A stretch of 52,962 nt of DNA, from positions 1 to 52,962 of the forward strand of contig JBLFWJ010000002.1 in the NCBI GenBank assembly GCA_047611425.1, read 5' to 3'. The notes under the pieces are model-generated. The model saw only the letters and a list, made by a program, of their open reading frames with translations, had not been told where the DNA came from and ran no database searches. Source of the stretch: Bacteroidia bacterium (GTDB lineage Bacteria; Bacteroidota; Bacteroidia; UBA10329). Made by a program: the position numbers and the translations under genes. Positions 33,385-43,853 of the stretch are shown one piece after another; position 1 is the first letter of the stretch, and each line of letters opens with the position of its first letter.

Positions 33385-33497
33385 TTGATTTCGGAACTAT
33401 CGGATTGAAAATACAAGGCTTAAAGTTATTGATGTAGATGACCAAATGACGACCAATTTTTAACAACCCAAACCCCTTATTGTAGCTTAGATATCAG

Positions 33498-33505
33498 TAC
33501 TTTTG
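33498..33505 (+). promoter_or_regulatory. -7 box TACTTTTG (TAnnTTTG) about 30 nt upstream of guaB
   Basis: Exact consensus match. No clear -33 TTTG was found. Confidence 0.3.
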
Positions 33506-33533
33506 CCGAAATTTTTATACCCCAGTCCATCTC

Positions 33534-35003
33534 ATGGAATTAGACCCTGAAAAGTTCACTGGCGAAGGCCTCACGTTTGATGATGTATTAATGGTTCCGG
33601 CTTACTCCGAGGTTATGCCTCGCGAAGTCAACATCACAAGTAGATTTAGTAAGAATATTGAAATCCGCGTGCCGGTTGTCTCTGCGGCAATGGACACGGT
33701 TACTGAAGCAGCAATGGCAATAGCCATAGCACAAGAAGGTGGCATCGGAGTTCTTCATAAAAACATGAGCATCGAAGCTCAGGCTCAACTTGTAAGAAAG
33801 GTGAAGCGGGCAGAAAGCGGAATGATTATCGATCCGGTGACGCTTCAGTTGGATGCAAAAGTTGGAGACGCGCTGAACATGATGGCCGAGTATAAAATCG
33901 GTGGAATTCCAGTTGTGGACAAAGATTACACGTTGGTTGGAATTGCCACGAATCGTGATTTACGATTTGAACGCAACATGACTCGGCCAATCACCGAAGT
34001 GATGACCAAGGACAACTTGATCACCACAACCAACACGAAAGACATTGCGCTAACCGAGGATACGCTTCAGAAATATAAGATTGAAAAGCTGCCTGTGGTT
34101 GATGCAAACTACAAGTTGATTGGATTGATCACGTACAAGGATTTGATCAAAACGAAGCTTCGTCCAAATGCCTGTAAGGATGAATTTGGCAGATTGAGAG
34201 TTGCCGCAGCTATCGGAATTACTGGTGATATGCTTGACCGTGTACGAGCGGTGGTTGCAACCGGAGTTGATGCCATCGTTCTCGATACAGCTCATGGCCA
34301 CTCAGTAGGCGTGTGCAATTCTCTGGAAGCAATCAAAGCAGAATTCCCAGATCTACAGGTCGTAGTTGGAAACATTGCCACAGCAGAAGCGGCAAAAATG
34401 CTCGTTGAAAAAGGAGCCGATGCTGTGAAAGTTGGAATTGGCCCTGGATCGATTTGCACCACAAGAGTTATCGCTGGTGTTGGTGTTCCTCAGTTGACGG
34501 CCATTATGAATGTGGCGAAAGCGCTTCAAGGAACTGGGGTTCCGGTTATCGCGGATGGTGGAATCAAGTTTACCGGTGATGTGGTAAAAGCAATTGCGGC
34601 TGGAGCAGACACGGTAATGATGGGAAGTATGTTCGCAGGTGTAGAAGAATCGCCAGGTAGAACAGTGATTCTGGAAGGAAGAAAGTTTAAGACTTACCGA
34701 GGTATGGGGTCTATTGAGGCCATGCAGCAAGGATCGAAAGACCGTTATTTCCAAGATGCCGAAGAGGATGTTAAGAAGTTGGTACCTGAGGGTATTGTTG
34801 GACGCGTCCCTTACAAAGGCACTCTATCCGAAGTGATGTATCAGTTAATCGGTGGCCTTAGGTCCGGCATGGGATACTGCGGTACCACGACCATTACTGA
34901 ACTTCAAAAAGCAAAATTTATTCGCATTTCTGCGGCCGGAATTAGAGAGTCTCATCCACATGGTATTACCATCACCAGTGAGGCGCCAAACTACAGCCCT
35001 TGA
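33534..35003 (+). CDS. guaB: Inosine-5'-monophosphate dehydrogenase
   Basis: [12 protein letters not shown]-terminus, an inserted CBS pair, the catalytic loop [11 protein letters not shown], and GGIKFTGD and GSMFAG motifs. Confidence 0.95.
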   Translation: MELDPEKFTGEGLTFDDVLMVPAYSEVMPREVNITSRFSKNIEIRVPVVSAAMDTVTEAAMAIAIAQEGGIGVLHKNMSIEAQAQLVRKVKRAESGMIIDPVTLQLDAKVGDALNMMAEYKIGGIPVVDKDYTLVGIATNRDLRFERNMTRPITEVMTKDNLITTTNTKDIALTEDTLQKYKIEKLPVVDANYKLIGLITYKDLIKTKLRPNACKDEFGRLRVAAAIGITGDMLDRVRAVVATGVDAIVLDTAHGHSVGVCNSLEAIKAEFPDLQVVVGNIATAEAAKMLVEKGADAVKVGIGPGSICTTRVIAGVGVPQLTAIMNVAKALQGTGVPVIADGGIKFTGDVVKAIAAGADTVMMGSMFAGVEESPGRTVILEGRKFKTYRGMGSIEAMQQGSKDRYFQDAEEDVKKLVPEGIVGRVPYKGTLSEVMYQLIGGLRSGMGYCGTTTITELQKAKFIRISAAGIRESHPHGITITSEAPNYSP

Positions 35004-35030
35004 GCACGTCAATTGATATAAGTTGATCGT

Positions 35031-35038
35031 TACATTTG
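35031..35038 (+). promoter_or_regulatory. -7 box TACATTTG (TAnnTTTG) 33 nt upstream of the parvulin gene
   Basis: Exact consensus match in the 67-bp intergenic region. Confidence 0.35.
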
Positions 35039-35070
35039 CAATCCTTTTTAAAAATCTGAATTAAATTATC

Positions 35071-37035
35071 ATGAGTAAAACTATTCTAAGCACTGCTTTC
35101 ATTCTTCTTGTCGCATTGTTGATCGGTACACAGACCCGCGCCCAGAAAAAAGACCCGGTAATAATGACCATTTCGGGAGAGGACGTGAAGGTTTCTGAGT
35201 TTGAAGCCGTTTACAAAAAGAACAATAAAGATGAGGAAGTAGATCGTGCTGATCTTGCTGAATACCTCGAACTGTACATCAACTTTAAGTTGAAAGTAAA
35301 GGAGGCTGAAGCGTTGGGGATGGATACAATCCTAAAATTTCAAGAGGAGTTGAAGGGCTACCAAAAGCAATTGGCAAAGCCTTACCTGACTGACAAGTCG
35401 GTAACGGAAGCGCTGGTTCAAGAAGCTTACGAACGAATGAAGTCTGACGTGAAAGCAAGCCACATCCTTTTAAAGGTTGATCCGGATGCGTTGCCAAAAG
35501 ACACATTGGCCGTTTACAATCGAATTGTTGAAATGCGCAATGATGCCATAAAGAACAACTCTTTTGGGAAATTGGCTGCTAAAAATTCCGAAGACCCATC
35601 AGCAAAAACAAACCAAGGTGATCTTGGATATTTCACCGGGTTAAGAATGGTTTACCCGTTTGAGAGCGCTGCTTACACAACTAAGGTTGGTGAAATCAGC
35701 ATGCCAATTAGAACTCGATTCGGGTACCACATTATTAAGGTGGAAGACATGCGACCTGCACAGGGCGAGGTTCTAGCGGCACATATTATGATTAAAACGC
35801 CAAAGGACGCCACAGAAGAACAAAACGCTGAATCGAAGAAAAAAATTGATGAGGTTGCTGCGCTACTAAAAGAAGGAAAGGAATTCGCCAAGTTGGCTGC
35901 CAAATATTCTGATGACAAAGGATCTGCAGAAAAAGGTGGTGTTTTGCCTTGGTTTGGAACCGGTAGAATGGTACCTGAGTTTGAGACGGCAGCTTTTGCA
36001 TTAGAAAATGATGGAGACATCACTGAGCCAGTTAAGTCTAGCTACGGATGGCACATAATTCAACGTAAAGAGCGCAAGGCTCAGAAAGCTTTCGAAGATA
36101 TGGAGAGTGACCTTAGAGCTAAGGTGGCAAAGGACAGCCGATCTCAGCAAAGCAAGATTGCAGTATTAAGTAAGGTGAAGAAAGAGTACGGATACACCGT
36201 AAACGAGAAAGCCGTAGCAGCCTTATCCACAAAACTAGACAGCACTGTTTTTGATGGCAAGTGGGAAGTTTGGACTACAAAGGAAAACCCAAAAACTGTA
36301 ATGCAAATTGGCGAGACCGTTTTCAATCAGAAGGATTTTGGTGATTACATCGCTTCGCATCAGGTAAGAAGAAAGCCAGTTGATATGGCTGTACTGGTTA
36401 ATTCATTCTTTAAGCAATTCAGCGAAGAAGAGTTGCTTAAGTATGAGGAAGGGCAGCTTTCAAATAAATATCCAGAATACAAAGCCCTTTTAAAGGAGTA
36501 CCGCGATGGCATCCTACTATTCGACCTAACAGACCAGAAGGTTTGGAGTAAGGCAGTAAAGGATACTACCGGACTAGCTGATTTCCATAAAGGAAATGGA
36601 GACAAGTACATGTGGGAGCAGCGAGTTGATGCTACTATCTACTTCTGTAAAGATGATACCATTGCTACGGTTGTCACGGGTTTGATGGATGCGATTAATT
36701 CTGAAAAGATTACCAACGATTCTCTTCTAAAGCGATTGAATGCTAGCAGCAAGCTTAACCTAAGAGTTGAGGACGACAAGTTCCAAAAGGATGAGAATGA
36801 ATTGATTGATGCCATTGCATGGAAGAAGGGTGTTTATGGCCCAACGGAAAACAATGGCCGTCAGGTAATCATCAACGTTAAGGAAGTTTTGAAGCCGGGC
36901 CCAAAGACTTTGCGAGAGGCAAGAGGTTTAGTTACAGCTGATTATCAAGACAAACTTGAGAAAGATTGGATCAAGGAATTGCGTTCTAAATACAAATACA
37001 AGGTGAGCAAAGAGCATCTTGAATTGATCAAGTGA
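35071..37035 (+). CDS. Periplasmic peptidyl-prolyl isomerase with two parvulin (PpiC) domains, SurA/PpiD-like
   Basis: Signal peptide TQTRA|QK. First parvulin block: ASHILLKV...GDLGYFTGLRMVYPFESAAY...FGYHIIKVED. Second parvulin block: AAHIMIKT...GGVLPWFGTGRMVPEFETAAF...YGWHIIQRKE. Confidence 0.85.
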   Translation: MSKTILSTAFILLVALLIGTQTRAQKKDPVIMTISGEDVKVSEFEAVYKKNNKDEEVDRADLAEYLELYINFKLKVKEAEALGMDTILKFQEELKGYQKQLAKPYLTDKSVTEALVQEAYERMKSDVKASHILLKVDPDALPKDTLAVYNRIVEMRNDAIKNNSFGKLAAKNSEDPSAKTNQGDLGYFTGLRMVYPFESAAYTTKVGEISMPIRTRFGYHIIKVEDMRPAQGEVLAAHIMIKTPKDATEEQNAESKKKIDEVAALLKEGKEFAKLAAKYSDDKGSAEKGGVLPWFGTGRMVPEFETAAFALENDGDITEPVKSSYGWHIIQRKERKAQKAFEDMESDLRAKVAKDSRSQQSKIAVLSKVKKEYGYTVNEKAVAALSTKLDSTVFDGKWEVWTTKENPKTVMQIGETVFNQKDFGDYIASHQVRRKPVDMAVLVNSFFKQFSEEELLKYEEGQLSNKYPEYKALLKEYRDGILLFDLTDQKVWSKAVKDTTGLADFHKGNGDKYMWEQRVDATIYFCKDDTIATVVTGLMDAINSEKITNDSLLKRLNASSKLNLRVEDDKFQKDENELIDAIAWKKGVYGPTENNGRQVIINVKEVLKPGPKTLREARGLVTADYQDKLEKDWIKELRSKYKYKVSKEHLELIK

Positions 37036-37889
37036 TTCGTTCGCTCACGGAACCAACCTTATTATTTCTTTCCATCCTTTTTGTTTTCGGATGCGGACCC
37101 CGCAACACCGAAACAGACGAAAGAGTGGCTGCGAAAGTCGGTGATAAAACACTTTTTGCAGAAGATGTTGAATCGGCCATGCCGGATAATCTGACTGTAG
37201 AAGACAGCCTAAATATGGCTCAAAGTTTCATACGGAATTGGGTGACACAGAATTTGCTTCTGGAAAAAGCTGAGTTGAATTTGTCAGGAGACCAGTTAGA
37301 TGTTTCTGAGAAATTGGAAGAATATCGGCAATCGTTGCTAATCTATCTCTACCAGAAGGAATACGTACGGCAACAGATGGATACGGCCGTTTCTGGCTCC
37401 GAATTACTGGAATATTACGATGCCAATAAAGAAAATTTCAAGTTGAAGGACAATATTGCACGTATGCTTTTCGTACGGTTGGCCAGCAACAACAAGGATG
37501 TTTCGAAAGTAATGAAGTGGTGCCGTTCCGATAAAGAGGAAGACCGGGAAGAATTGAATGCATACTGTCAGCAGCATGCCATCAAGTTTATATTGATGGA
37601 AGACCGTTGGAACGTGTTTAACGAAGTAATTTCTGAGGTACCACAGGACCTTTATTCATCGTCAAATTCACTTTTCAGAACAGGCACGATTGAACTTTCT
37701 GATACAACCGGCACCTATATACTTTCCATAAAGGAAGTAAAGTCGAAAAATGAAGTTGCCCCTTTGGAGTTTGAAGCGTCAAGCATCCAAGGAATAATTC
37801 TTAATAAACGCAAGATCGACCTTGTCAAGTCTCTGGAACAACAGATATTTGACGAAGGCTTAAGCAAAAACCATGTACGCATCGATTAA
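37032..37889 (+). CDS. Probable lipoprotein, SurA-N-like chaperone region without PPIase motifs
   Basis: GTG start overlapping the upstream stop (GTGA). Lipobox-like LFVFG|C. Helical composition and position between two parvulin genes. Confidence 0.5.
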   Translation: MIRSLTEPTLLFLSILFVFGCGPRNTETDERVAAKVGDKTLFAEDVESAMPDNLTVEDSLNMAQSFIRNWVTQNLLLEKAELNLSGDQLDVSEKLEEYRQSLLIYLYQKEYVRQQMDTAVSGSELLEYYDANKENFKLKDNIARMLFVRLASNNKDVSKVMKWCRSDKEEDREELNAYCQQHAIKFILMEDRWNVFNEVISEVPQDLYSSSNSLFRTGTIELSDTTGTYILSIKEVKSKNEVAPLEFEASSIQGIILNKRKIDLVKSLEQQIFDEGLSKNHVRID

Positions 37890-39261
37890 ATATTTTGTGA
37901 TTGTCGTTGTGGCTGGATTAATTTTTCCAGCTCTTTCGGTGGCGCAGCCAACAGACCAAGAGCCTAAAGGCCAAAGTATAGACCGCATAATTGCAGTTGT
38001 GGGGGCAAATATCGCGACCCAATCGGAGCTCGAAACACAATATCTCCAAATGCTAACGCAGGGTATGGAGCCAGACGATCTAACGCGTTGTAGGCTCTAC
38101 GAAGAGATCCTGTATCAGAAATTGCTTCTCAATCAATCTCAAGTTGATAGTGTGGAAGTAAGTGATTCTCAGGTTGAAGACGAACTCGGCCGAAGACTAG
38201 ACTACTTCATCGCACAAATTGGTTCTAAGGAAAAACTGGAAGAGTATTACGAAAAGAGTCTTCTTGAGATTAAAGATGAATTCAGAAAATTGATTCGGGA
38301 TCAGTTGCTTGTGCAGACTATGCAGCAAAAGTTAACAGCCGATGTCAAAGTAACTCCGAATGAAGTAAGAAGATTCTTCGCGAAAATACCAGCGGACAGT
38401 TTACCATATGTGAATTCTGAAATTCAATTAGGTAGAATTATGATTAAACCCAAAATCAGCCAAGATCAGTTGGACGAGGCTCGTCACAAGGCTGAAGACC
38501 TGAGACAACGTGTATTGGATGGAGAGAAATTCTCCACACTTGCGGTGTTGTACTCCGAGGATCCTGGGTCATCTAAAAAAGGTGGCGATTTAGGCTTCTT
38601 CTCTCGTGGACAGATGGTACCGGAGTTCGAGTCCGTTGCTTTCAAAATGAAGAATGATTCCGTTTCTGACATCTTTAAAACCGAATTTGGCTATCACTTT
38701 ATGCAAATGATTGAGCGAAGAGGTGAACAAGCCAACGTTCGTCACATCCTAATTAAATCCAAGCCGTCAATAGAAGATATCATCAAAGCGTCAGAATTGT
38801 TGGACAGCTTGAAAAAAGAGATTGAGCTGGACAAATTAGACTTTGAGGTAGCTGCAACGCAATATTCCGAAGACGAGGACAGCAAATTAAATAAGGGCAT
38901 GATGTATAACGTGAATACTGGATCTACTGTTTTTGAAATGGACCAATTGAGTATGATCGATCAGCGATTGTTTTTAAAAGTTGAGAAAATGGACCTAGGC
39001 TCTATTACTGAAGTTATGGATGTAACTGAACCAGATGGTTCGCCTTCCTACAACATTTTCATGCTAAAGACAAGAACGGAACCCCACGTAGCCAACCTGA
39101 AAGAAGATTATCAAAAGATTCAGAATGCCGCTCTTGCTGAAAAGCAAAACACAATGATCGGTGATTGGATTAGTGAAAAAGCAGGCAGAACTTATATCAT
39201 GATGGATCCTTTATACGAGAGCTGTCCATTCAATAATAACTGGATTCAAGAAGCACAATAA
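37873..39261 (+). CDS. SurA-like periplasmic chaperone / peptidyl-prolyl isomerase
   Basis: Signal peptide PALSVA|QP with a SurA-N-like helical region. Parvulin block: GRIMIKP...GGDLGFFSRGQMVPEFESVAF...FGYHFMQMIERR. A second, degenerate block begins VRHILIKS. Confidence 0.8.
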   Translation: MYASIKYFVIVVVAGLIFPALSVAQPTDQEPKGQSIDRIIAVVGANIATQSELETQYLQMLTQGMEPDDLTRCRLYEEILYQKLLLNQSQVDSVEVSDSQVEDELGRRLDYFIAQIGSKEKLEEYYEKSLLEIKDEFRKLIRDQLLVQTMQQKLTADVKVTPNEVRRFFAKIPADSLPYVNSEIQLGRIMIKPKISQDQLDEARHKAEDLRQRVLDGEKFSTLAVLYSEDPGSSKKGGDLGFFSRGQMVPEFESVAFKMKNDSVSDIFKTEFGYHFMQMIERRGEQANVRHILIKSKPSIEDIIKASELLDSLKKEIELDKLDFEVAATQYSEDEDSKLNKGMMYNVNTGSTVFEMDQLSMIDQRLFLKVEKMDLGSITEVMDVTEPDGSPSYNIFMLKTRTEPHVANLKEDYQKIQNAALAEKQNTMIGDWISEKAGRTYIMMDPLYESCPFNNNWIQEAQ

Positions 39262-40229
39262 TGTCGGAGAAACACGAGGATATCCAAGCCATGGAGAATT
39301 TGCAGGTGGCCTACAAAAACCTAAAAACTGAAATTTCTAAGGTAATTGTCGGACAAGAAGATGTAATCGATCAGGTATTGATCAGCATCTTCTCCAATGG
39401 TCACTGCCTATTAGTTGGAGTACCCGGATTGGCAAAAACGCTTTTGGTCAATAGCATTTCAGAAGTATTGGGCGTTTCCTTTAACAGGATTCAGTTTACA
39501 CCTGATTTAATGCCAAGCGATATTATCGGAACCGAAATTCTAGATGAAAATCGAAATTTCAAGTTTGTAAAAGGGCCGTTGTTCGCCAACGTAATTCTTG
39601 CAGATGAGATTAATAGAACACCTCCAAAAACGCAGGCAGCTTTACTTGAGGCAATGCAAGAAAGGTCTGTAACCACTGCTGGTCAAACGTACATGTTGCC
39701 TTCACCATTCTTTGTTTTGGCAACACAAAATCCGATTGAGCAAGAAGGAACATATCCGCTTCCAGAAGCACAGTTGGACAGATTCATGTTCAACATTTGG
39801 TTGGATTACCCGAGCTATGAAGAAGAATTAAATGTGGTTAAACGAACAACCGCTGGAGCCAAGACGAAGCTTCAAAATGTTTTGACGGCTGATGAGATCA
39901 TCAATTTTCAAGAGTTGATTCGAAAGATTCCTGTGGCAGATAATGTGTTTGAATATGCCGTTAAATTAGCTTCAAGCACACGACCTGATACTCCAAATGC
40001 CGGCACCAACGTAAATGAGTTTGTAAACTGGGGCGCAGGTCCAAGAGCTTCACAGTATTTGATTATTGGAGCTAAAACTCATGCCGCGATTAACGGAAAG
40101 TTCTCTCCAGATATTGAAGATGTTCGAGCTGTTGCCGGCCCAATCCTTCGACACAGAATTGTACGGAATTATAAGGCTGAGGCAGAAGGGGTCAGCGTTG
40201 AGGATATCATTGACGGATTGATCAAGTAA
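39261..40229 (+). CDS. MoxR-family AAA+ ATPase
   Basis: Walker A motif GVPGLAKT, Walker B motif VILADEINR, and the QNPIEQEGTYPLPEAQLDRF motif. The TAATG overlaps the upstream gene. Confidence 0.9.
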   Translation: MSEKHEDIQAMENLQVAYKNLKTEISKVIVGQEDVIDQVLISIFSNGHCLLVGVPGLAKTLLVNSISEVLGVSFNRIQFTPDLMPSDIIGTEILDENRNFKFVKGPLFANVILADEINRTPPKTQAALLEAMQERSVTTAGQTYMLPSPFFVLATQNPIEQEGTYPLPEAQLDRFMFNIWLDYPSYEEELNVVKRTTAGAKTKLQNVLTADEIINFQELIRKIPVADNVFEYAVKLASSTRPDTPNAGTNVNEFVNWGAGPRASQYLIIGAKTHAAINGKFSPDIEDVRAVAGPILRHRIVRNYKAEAEGVSVEDIIDGLIK

Positions 40230-40231
40230 GA

Positions 40232-43200
40232 TTAGAAAAACGCCCTCAACTGCACATTTCCTGTATGGATGATTGGGTTATCTCCACTCTTCCTTCCATT
40301 GTATTGAAGGTTTAATTGAAGGTTCTGGGCAATTCTTGTTTGGAATAATAGGGCCCAAGTATAGTTCTGTCCATTCTTCAACCCATCCAACATTTGAAAT
40401 TCTATGGTATTACCATCAATCCCAGAATAAGTAATACTCAGGTGACTAAAGCTGGCCTGAAGGCTTCCACGTTGAAGCAAGTTGTACTTGGCCTCTACCC
40501 CACTTTCACGAATGATAGCTCGCTCGTTTAACGACTCTACCAATTTGTTCTGCTTGTCGGCATAACGGTACAACAAGGTCACTCGAAACTTCTTTCCCGG
40601 TTGCACTACCAGCCTAGGTTCCAGCTCGTAAAAATCAATCTCGTAATTATTTTGGCCAAAGTTCTTGCTGATGTTGTTTTCCCAACCATTCTCATATTTC
40701 ATATTGAAAGTAAGCGGCTTAATAATGTTCCACCTTCCGCTCACTTTGTGCGAGCCGGTCTCTCTGAATGTACCTCCACTTACCAAAAATGACTTGATGT
40801 TGTTGTCTTGATACGTGTAGTCAAACCCATATTTAGAGACACCTTGATTGAAGGAAACCGTATTACGGAGTGAGCTGCTCAAAGTGACCAAAGCAGAATC
40901 ACTCACTTTGGTGAACAAAGGATCGAAAGCAAGTAGGATATCTGTTCGTTTCGTTTTGCGATCCACTCGAAAAGCAAACTGATCCGAGAATCGTGAGATA
41001 AATTTCAACACGCCTTTCTTCATTCCCCACATTACTTTGGGCCTGAAATTGACAATCTGATTTAGCTGTGTCCGATATACTTTTTCAAACTCATTGGTCG
41101 GGGTGAAAACCTGGATATAACGTGCTGTGTCCTGAAATACTGCCTCAACAAACTCATTAATTTGCTGATCTCCATCACCATTCTGATCGATCCAATTCCA
41201 ACTTCCTTGCCCTTGGTTCACTTCTATAAAAGTGATTGCTTTTTTGGTTTCTAGACCAGAACCAACTTCATAAAAGGTCTGAGTGCGAAACATACCTTTC
41301 CAAAGGTTAAGCCCAATCTCCAAACGATTTACCAATGAATTGTCCGGCTTATCAATCGTTAAAGTAGAATCGACAATCGTTAGTTTTCGATAGGTAGTTT
41401 TTAAGCCGGCCGTTACTTTCTTCCATTTAAGAATGCTGATACGCCCACCGAACTCATCTGCATAAGCGCTTCGTTTCAACGAATTTTCGCTCGGCTTCTT
41501 GTCTTCCCTTCTGCGGTAATTCAATTCAAACGTGTTCTTCCATTTTTCAGGTGATCGAACAAAGAAGAACATGTCGTTAAAATGGTAGCTATTTGCCAGC
41601 ATTGAATCGGTTCCGGTCAAACGGAACTCATTATTCTCAAACACATTCTTTGCCCCAATCACAACATATTTAAGGTCCTGTTTCAGGTTTAGGAGGTATC
41701 GGCCAAATTGATTGTTCAGATTGACACCTCTACTATCGATAAAGCTTCCATTTAAGTCTGCTGTGAATCCCTTGTAATCCACGTTACCAACAAGTGAATG
41801 CTGCCAAGCATTAAAGGTTTTCGCATTGATGAATGATCTGGCTTCGTATCGCAAACCTGCTACATCTTTTCGATTGAAACCGAGATAAGCCATGCTTATG
41901 TATTGATCCACATTTGCGTTTTCATTGGCGATGCTCCAGTCTCGTTCAAACTCCACAGTTCTAAATCGCTCTATCGGTTTGAAATTGAGGTTGGTGTGCT
42001 CAAAATCTAAACCAGTCACTATTGACCACTTTTTGGCCGTATCCAGCGGAATGATTTGATCATAGCCAACCTTGGCAGCAAGACCAAGATTATCGCCATT
42101 GTGAACCTTCGAAAATGTATTTAAGTCGGTATTACTCATCGCGCCTTCTACGTGAATCTTGGCATTCTTTGAGATCTCATATTCCGCACCCAGCGTGTAG
42201 AGTTGATTTTGCTTTGGTGTCACCATTTGAATGACTGGCATATATCGACCCTGCTTCACACCAGTAGTCTCGTTGGGCGCAATCCACCGAAAAACACGAC
42301 CGTTCGCACTACTCGGAGGTTGTTCATAATCTCCGTTTCCCAATCCCACATCGGAAAAGCTTACACGGAGTCTAGCGCTATCGGGATTCGTACTATGAAC
42401 CAAGATGTCTGTAAAAAGCACAGGCTGCCCTGCTATCATCACCGTGGTATCGATGCCTTTGTATAGAATCTCATCCGTATTGAAGTCCACAGTATCGATA
42501 GAGGGAATGATGGCGTGAGTCAGGCTGTCTCCGATGGAAGCAAGAAGTGACTTCCGACCTTCAGTCAAATCGATATTAACTGGTTGATTTTTGGCATCCT
42601 GTTCTGTGTAAAAGTTGAACCGAACCTTCAATTTTCGATGGTCGTATTCCGCCCCAGCATGCACCAATGATCGAGTATAGTTCCGGTCAGAATATTGAAA
42701 TTCAACTACAATCCGTTTGTCTTTTGTGATGAGTTGTTTCGCGGTGAACGTCACTTCTCCCGTGTTGTAGTCAATCACATAATCATGTTCCTGTCCACGG
42801 GTCATCAGTTTTCCATCTATGAACACACGTTCCGTTCCAGCCAATACAATAATAAACAGCTCGTTCTCCGCTCCGCGAAGTCGATACGGCCCTTGGTTCC
42901 CTTCCAAACCTTGGATTTTTTGGCGAGAAAATTTACCCCGACTTAGCGCACCGCTAGCAGTTAATTTTAATTCACCAGCTTGGAGTTCCGGCCATTTCTT
43001 ACTTCGTAATGGAAACTTGTGAGTTAGGCCTAAACCTTGTGCCCGCTTTTTGAATGACATGAAATAGCCTTCTGGTCTTTCCATTCGGAAATCGCCAGCT
43101 GTTAGCTCCGTACGGTCCGTGTAGATCTGCACATAAACCTGATCGAACTCTTGCAAATTCTGGGTATTTCCCTGCGGTTGGACCGGAATATTATTGTCGG

Positions 43201-43747
43201 ATATTGCGGCTCTTACACCGAGTTTTGGTGTGAGTCGTCCAGATAATTGAAGGTTCAAGCTGGAACTAACACCAAGATCCTGATTATTTCCCACCTGAAT
43301 TCCGCGAGAAATCGAACCACTTTTCTCTAGGGAGGAGAACGTGAACATTTCTGCCGTGCTTTTTGGTGTGTAAACAGCCTCAAATGGATTGACTCCACCT
43401 ACTAATTTTGGTGCCAACAGGCTTCGCTCCTTGTGCTTTGTTTCTGCAGTAAATAGAAATGGAAATACTCGGTATTGAATCTTTACCGAATCCAAGGCAG
43501 TCTTGTTTTTCAGAATGATTCTTGAGTGTGCCCAATCGAAATCGTATAGCCCAGTGTCTACATCCGACCCATCAGACGCCTTTAGTGTCCATGAATCCGG
43601 CACTACGCTGAGGGTATCCAAAGAAATTGTATCGGTATTAAACTGGAACCATCTTTCCCGAATATTGCTGCGCTCTTGAGCCTGAATGATCGTGCTAAAA
43701 AGCACGCATCCGACCAATAAGATCAAACGTTTGGGACAAACCAGCAT
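40232..43747 (-). CDS. Large (~1170 aa) predicted outer-membrane beta-barrel protein, family not recognised
   Basis: I chose the Met giving signal peptide MLVCPKRLILLVGCVLFSTIIQA|QE (the track extends to 43825). Pervasive alternating beta-strand pattern. C-terminal OMP signature NVQLRAFF. Confidence 0.5.
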   Translation of the reverse strand: MLVCPKRLILLVGCVLFSTIIQAQERSNIRERWFQFNTDTISLDTLSVVPDSWTLKASDGSDVDTGLYDFDWAHSRIILKNKTALDSVKIQYRVFPFLFTAETKHKERSLLAPKLVGGVNPFEAVYTPKSTAEMFTFSSLEKSGSISRGIQVGNNQDLGVSSSLNLQLSGRLTPKLGVRAAISDNNIPVQPQGNTQNLQEFDQVYVQIYTDRTELTAGDFRMERPEGYFMSFKKRAQGLGLTHKFPLRSKKWPELQAGELKLTASGALSRGKFSRQKIQGLEGNQGPYRLRGAENELFIIVLAGTERVFIDGKLMTRGQEHDYVIDYNTGEVTFTAKQLITKDKRIVVEFQYSDRNYTRSLVHAGAEYDHRKLKVRFNFYTEQDAKNQPVNIDLTEGRKSLLASIGDSLTHAIIPSIDTVDFNTDEILYKGIDTTVMIAGQPVLFTDILVHSTNPDSARLRVSFSDVGLGNGDYEQPPSSANGRVFRWIAPNETTGVKQGRYMPVIQMVTPKQNQLYTLGAEYEISKNAKIHVEGAMSNTDLNTFSKVHNGDNLGLAAKVGYDQIIPLDTAKKWSIVTGLDFEHTNLNFKPIERFRTVEFERDWSIANENANVDQYISMAYLGFNRKDVAGLRYEARSFINAKTFNAWQHSLVGNVDYKGFTADLNGSFIDSRGVNLNNQFGRYLLNLKQDLKYVVIGAKNVFENNEFRLTGTDSMLANSYHFNDMFFFVRSPEKWKNTFELNYRRREDKKPSENSLKRSAYADEFGGRISILKWKKVTAGLKTTYRKLTIVDSTLTIDKPDNSLVNRLEIGLNLWKGMFRTQTFYEVGSGLETKKAITFIEVNQGQGSWNWIDQNGDGDQQINEFVEAVFQDTARYIQVFTPTNEFEKVYRTQLNQIVNFRPKVMWGMKKGVLKFISRFSDQFAFRVDRKTKRTDILLAFDPLFTKVSDSALVTLSSSLRNTVSFNQGVSKYGFDYTYQDNNIKSFLVSGGTFRETGSHKVSGRWNIIKPLTFNMKYENGWENNISKNFGQNNYEIDFYELEPRLVVQPGKKFRVTLLYRYADKQNKLVESLNERAIIRESGVEAKYNLLQRGSLQASFSHLSITYSGIDGNTIEFQMLDGLKNGQNYTWALLFQTRIAQNLQLNLQYNGRKSGDNPIIHTGNVQLRAFF

Positions 43748-43853
43748 ACAGCGATTCCGCCAACGGGGTACAACCTGATCAATAATAACGGAATAATCGG
43801 CTGGAAGTATGTCGTGAGGCATCAATCCGCCACACGTTTCAATTCAATTCTGA

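Noticed and set aside
40232-43825. Calling the large OMP SprA/Sov because of its size and T9SS neighbourhood
   Set aside because: At ~1170 aa it is about half the length of SprA, and I recognise no SprA-specific sequence. I left it as an unassigned beta-barrel.
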